Notes under the pieces: model-generated | Told to the model about the DNA's origin: nothing | The model's database searches: none | Seen by the model: only the letters and a program-made list of their open reading frames with translations | Part shown: piece after piece, positions 60,311-64,000 of the stretch | How positions within the stretch are numbered: the first letter of the stretch is position 1 | Layout: each line of letters starts with the position of its first letter | Made by a program: the position numbers and the translations under genes | DNA from: Rickettsiales bacterium UBA6177 | GTDB lineage: Bacteria; Pseudomonadota; Alphaproteobacteria; Rickettsiales; UBA6177 | Reading direction: 5' to 3' | NCBI GenBank assembly: GCA_002422875.1 | Contig: DITT01000029.1 | Span: 9,641-73,640, forward strand | DNA: 64,000 nt

Positions 60311-60351
60311 TGAGCTTAAAATAAAGTTTTGATAATTATGTTTAATATACC

Positions 60352-62397
60352 TTAATTTTTTATTGACCACAACCTATTAGTTCTACTGCTATTTGTTGTT
60401 TGTAAGTAAATATTAGCATTGTAGCTTTTTATAAATAGTAAATGGCTACCTTGGTTTTGTAAATTAGCTTTGGTAATTACTAATTGTGCTTTGCACGGGG
60501 TATAATCAAGTTTAACAGCAATGATAACATCAACATTTGGACAAGTAAGGTTTTCACCTTGTATGATTGCGACATGCTTGTTTCTTATGTTAAATACACA
60601 CATTTGGGGATCACAGGTAAAATCTAGATCATTATAGAAATATTCTCTTAAAGTAATTCCCTTTTCATATCCAAAATATTTACTATAAATATCTTTTTTA
60701 ATTCTTGAATATATAGTATCAAAAAATATGACTCTATTATTGTTATCTTTTAAAATAATAGCTCCTTTTTGATCAATGATAACATCAGGTAAGGGAGTCA
60801 AATAAGCGTTTATAATACCTATAATGATTACAACAAAGCCTAAATAACGCGAGCGGCTTTGCCAAAGCAAAAACCATAAGCCCCCTATAATGATAATAAT
60901 AAAAGAGTAAGTATCAAGGTGCCTAATAGTGCTATAGCTGTGTGGTAGCTTGGCTACAAAGCTTGAGATTTTAACTACATAACTAATACCAATATCAGCA
61001 AGATTAAGTGGGTAATGCATTGCTCCAAATGGATATAAAAACATGCTTATAATCATTAAAGGCATTACATAAATTGAAATAAGTGGCACTGCAAATAAAT
61101 TTGCCAGCATGCTATAATACGAAGCTTGGTTAAAGTGGTAAGCTGCAAAAGGTGCGATCGCTAGTGATGCAACAAGAGAAGTAAATAATAATGATACACC
61201 TGATAGAATAATGTTTAGTACAAAATTCTGATGTTTAAAAAAGATATTTTTTTGTGCTAGCAATTCATACACTGAAATTAATGCGAGTACTGCTGCAAAA
61301 GACATCTGAAAACTTGGATGGATAATATATTCAGGCCAGAATACTAACAAAAGTAGTGCAGCAATTGCAATAGAGCGCATGCCTATCTGGATGCGATCAA
61401 TTAAAATAGCAAATAAAAATAAGCTAGTCATGATATATGATCTAATAGCTGCAATTTGTAATCCTGTTAGCAATAAATAGAAATAGCCACCGATGATAGC
61501 TGTGATACTTGCTATTTTTTTAAGGTTAAAATTTAGAGCTAGGGTATTTGAAAATGCAAGAATTTGCCGGCACAAAAAGAAAAAAATCCCACTAATAACA
61601 GTCATATGGAGACCAGAGACTGACAAAATATGAGCAAGGCCAGAAATACGCATTTCATCTAAAATATTTCTTGGTAATTGTGAATATTCGCCAATAATCA
61701 GAGCGCTTGCAATACTGCCATTAACTTGATCTAAAGTTTGATGGATAGTTTTTAGCATATGTTGCCTAAGCTTAGCAAGATATGAGATATTAGTAGTGTT
61801 TTTTATGATTTTAAGATTTGAAACAGCATATCCTACTGCTTTAATGTTTTCAAAAAATGCATATCTAGCAAAATTAAAATGATCTGGCAAAATTGATTCA
61901 GCAGGTTTTGATAATATGGCCTTAAAGTCAACGATATCACCCTCATTTAAGTTATCAGGGATATTTTTAAATCTGACTCTAATCTTAAAACTATTGGTAA
62001 AATATTCTAAATTCTTAAAATCAAGATTTTTAAATATTACCCTATAATTATCTTGAGTCTTTTGAATGTTTACTACTTCAGCATTAACTATTACGAATTG
62101 ATCATTATAGTCAAATTCTTCGCTAGAACGTGCAATTGTGTGCAAATTTGTAATAGTGAATCCTAATAAAGAGATGATTGTAATTTGTGCAAATATTTTT
62201 ATATGGTTGTTCTTACTTAGTAAAAAATAGCCAAAAATACTACTACAAAGAGCAAGTATAGTTGCATATAAATCTGGCTCAAATGGTAGAGCAAAATAAA
62301 TACCTACACCTATCCCATAAAAAACTGGAATAAAATAAAAAAAATTACTTTGGTTTTCATTTAAGTGACTTATTAAAAAGCTAAATAAATTTTTCAT
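60352..62397 (-). CDS. comEC: ComEC/Rec2-family membrane channel protein
   Basis: An N-terminal OB/DUF4131-like region and a polytopic competence domain (SGLAHILSVSGLHMTVISG). No HxHxDH metallo-beta-lactamase motif in the C-terminal region. Confidence 0.85.
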   Translation of the reverse strand: MKNLFSFLISHLNENQSNFFYFIPVFYGIGVGIYFALPFEPDLYATILALCSSIFGYFLLSKNNHIKIFAQITIISLLGFTITNLHTIARSSEEFDYNDQFVIVNAEVVNIQKTQDNYRVIFKNLDFKNLEYFTNSFKIRVRFKNIPDNLNEGDIVDFKAILSKPAESILPDHFNFARYAFFENIKAVGYAVSNLKIIKNTTNISYLAKLRQHMLKTIHQTLDQVNGSIASALIIGEYSQLPRNILDEMRISGLAHILSVSGLHMTVISGIFFFLCRQILAFSNTLALNFNLKKIASITAIIGGYFYLLLTGLQIAAIRSYIMTSLFLFAILIDRIQIGMRSIAIAALLLLVFWPEYIIHPSFQMSFAAVLALISVYELLAQKNIFFKHQNFVLNIILSGVSLLFTSLVASLAIAPFAAYHFNQASYYSMLANLFAVPLISIYVMPLMIISMFLYPFGAMHYPLNLADIGISYVVKISSFVAKLPHSYSTIRHLDTYSFIIIIIGGLWFLLWQSRSRYLGFVVIIIGIINAYLTPLPDVIIDQKGAIILKDNNNRVIFFDTIYSRIKKDIYSKYFGYEKGITLREYFYNDLDFTCDPQMCVFNIRNKHVAIIQGENLTCPNVDVIIAVKLDYTPCKAQLVITKANLQNQGSHLLFIKSYNANIYLQTTNSSRTNRLWSIKN

Positions 62398-62465
62398 ATT
62401 TGCGGTTTAATCTTGTTTAGGTTATACTTTATTAAGGATAGCCAGAAAATTAAAGGTAACTTAAG

Positions 62466-63500
62466 TTGTTTATAGACAAAGTCAAAGAAATAAGCATTAG
62501 TCCAAGCCAAGTATACGCCAATTTTGATTTAAGTGTGCCTGTGATTTATAAGGAAATTATTGCTATTAATCAAGAACATAATACTAATATTCTAAAATCA
62601 CTCGCTACTATTATAACTATTTATGATCTCAATAAATATAGTGTATTTGAAATAAACGAATTAGAAAGCAGAGCCGTTGATTATGCAAGAGCTGTAAGAG
62701 AATATTTAGAACTATTTTCGTTTAGAAGTAATTTTAATGATTGGGTAGATTTTCTTTCGTTTTTATATCTAAAAAGTAAACCAGAAGAGAAATTATTAAG
62801 TCAAGAACTTGAACAAAATAAGGAACAAGACCAAGAACAAGAATTTTCAGGAATAATTGCTGAATCTGCTACACGCGAAATAGTCCGGGAAATTTCTTAT
62901 GAGGATAAAGAAATAATTCTTGAAATAGTAAGGGAAAATATTAAAAAAAATTCCCGTTTAAAGGGAAGATATTTTCAGTTGGTAATTGAAAAAATCTTAG
63001 AAAATAAAAAAAAGATATCTGCTAAAATAAAAGAGCAAGTGAAAAGGAATCATAAAAAAGAAAATCTTTTTTTAAGAACAATGAGGTTCTTTGGTTGGAA
63101 TTTAATAGAAGGAGCATTGAACAGATATAGAATGACCAATGTTACTGAGAAATCTGTAGATGCAAGTTTAACTTCGTTAAAACGCAGATCCTTTGCAAAG
63201 AGTGGGCTTGAATATAATTTAAAAACTAGGCAAGCTAAGATCTTAAAAGATATAGTAAGTAAAAAAGGTCAAAACACGCAGTATTTATATAGCGCTTTTC
63301 ATAGCCATAATCCTGAAGAGAAAATAAAATTACCAACAGGTATCGTTAATAATATTGAACTTAAGAGAGAAGCTCATAGGCTTGGCTCTACAGGAATGAG
63401 TAAATATGCTGCAGCACATGAAGCTGAGAATAATATTAATCATCGCCATGCAGATCAGGTTTTAAATTCCAAAACTAACAGCAAAGGTAGAGGTGCTTAA
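62466..63500 (+). CDS. Hypothetical 344-aa protein with no recognisable motif and an acidic EQNKEQDQEQE tract
   Basis: Long ORF with a TTG start. Charged and helical-looking. Divergent from comEC. Confidence 0.4.
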   Translation: MFIDKVKEISISPSQVYANFDLSVPVIYKEIIAINQEHNTNILKSLATIITIYDLNKYSVFEINELESRAVDYARAVREYLELFSFRSNFNDWVDFLSFLYLKSKPEEKLLSQELEQNKEQDQEQEFSGIIAESATREIVREISYEDKEIILEIVRENIKKNSRLKGRYFQLVIEKILENKKKISAKIKEQVKRNHKKENLFLRTMRFFGWNLIEGALNRYRMTNVTEKSVDASLTSLKRRSFAKSGLEYNLKTRQAKILKDIVSKKGQNTQYLYSAFHSHNPEEKIKLPTGIVNNIELKREAHRLGSTGMSKYAAAHEAENNINHRHADQVLNSKTNSKGRGA

Positions 63501-63735
63501 GTAAAGAAAATTACATTTTGGAGAGGAACAATATCGATATAAAATTTTCTGCTAAATCTAAGAACGACATTACTTTCTATATTAGATAGTAAGTAATGCT
63601 ATCACAAGCAGAAAACCATTCTAAATCTTCTAGTAAGTGTGTAATGATTTAAAAATCAATTCTTACCCTTATGCTTTACTTTCCTTTAAAAGTTATGTAT
63701 TCTTTGGCGCATAACAAGATAATTAATATTGTAAA

Positions 63736-64000
63736 ATGTCTGATTTATTTTATGAAATAGAAAATGAGTTAAACCGTGAAAAGTTTCTAGCTTTTTTTTA
63801 TAAACACATGTTGAAACTAATTATAGTTGTAATTACTTTAATAATAATTGCAGTAATTTACCCTATTTATGAAAACAAGCAAAATGTACATAAAGCAGAA
63901 CTCGTAAATGAATATTATGTATCTTACGAACAAAGAGCTCAGAATAAATCAGAAGAATACTTAAAATCATTGAAAAAGATTTATAATCACCAGCAATGCG
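63736..64000 (+). CDS. Hypothetical single-TM protein, 3'-truncated by the window edge
   Basis: ATG at 63736. The frame is open to the end of the window: MSDLFYEIENELNREKFLAFFYKHMLKLIIVVITLIIIAVIYPIY.... The N-terminal layout resembles YfgM/DUF2659-like anchored proteins. Confidence 0.4.
   Translation, partial: MSDLFYEIENELNREKFLAFFYKHMLKLIIVVITLIIIAVIYPIYENKQNVHKAELVNEYYVSYEQRAQNKSEEYLKSLKKIYNHQQC

Overview
This is a strongly AT-rich alphaproteobacterial chromosome segment with hallmarks of an obligate intracellular Rickettsiales-like organism. These hallmarks are a Tlc-type ATP/ADP translocase, an orphan virB8-virB9 pair, several ankyrin and OTU effector-like proteins, and AmpG. The housekeeping backbone is: secY(partial)-adk-rpsM-rpsK-rpoA-rplQ, clpB, pssA-psd, fumC, hemB, htpG, corA, bolA, tolC-popZ-like, trmD-rplS, thiBPQ, carD, rnc-era, xseB, uvrD, ihfA-merR, comEC, and three tRNAs (Asn-GTT, Cys-GCA, Leu-TAA). 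No rRNA, CRISPR array or intact transposase was seen. Observations worth a second look: (1) a tightly packed chpT-cheA(hybrid, C-terminal REC)-cheW-cheY-cheB-cheR operon with no MCP anywhere in the window, which suggests a Che-like pathway feeding the ChpT/CtrA phosphorelay; (2) a 910-aa protein with a C-terminal OTU deubiquitinase domain and a 771-aa ABC-like permease/ATPase that share a short permuted C-terminal module (FAARVSS / PQLxGRR) at protein and DNA level; (3) a 1023-aa ankyrin protein with an unknown 650-aa N-terminal region and a near-identical internal 201-bp-period duplication; (4) a roughly 1.8-kb glycosyltransferase mini-island bracketed by about 217-bp direct repeats that duplicate the psd 5' end; (5) a Zur/Fur-family regulator divergent from a His-cluster membrane protein, with a perfect 7-3-7 palindrome between them; (6) a degenerate dispersed intergenic repeat present in at least three copies; (7) a stand-alone Cache-type sensor with no output domain. 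All functional calls come from reading motifs in the supplied translations. No database search was possible.
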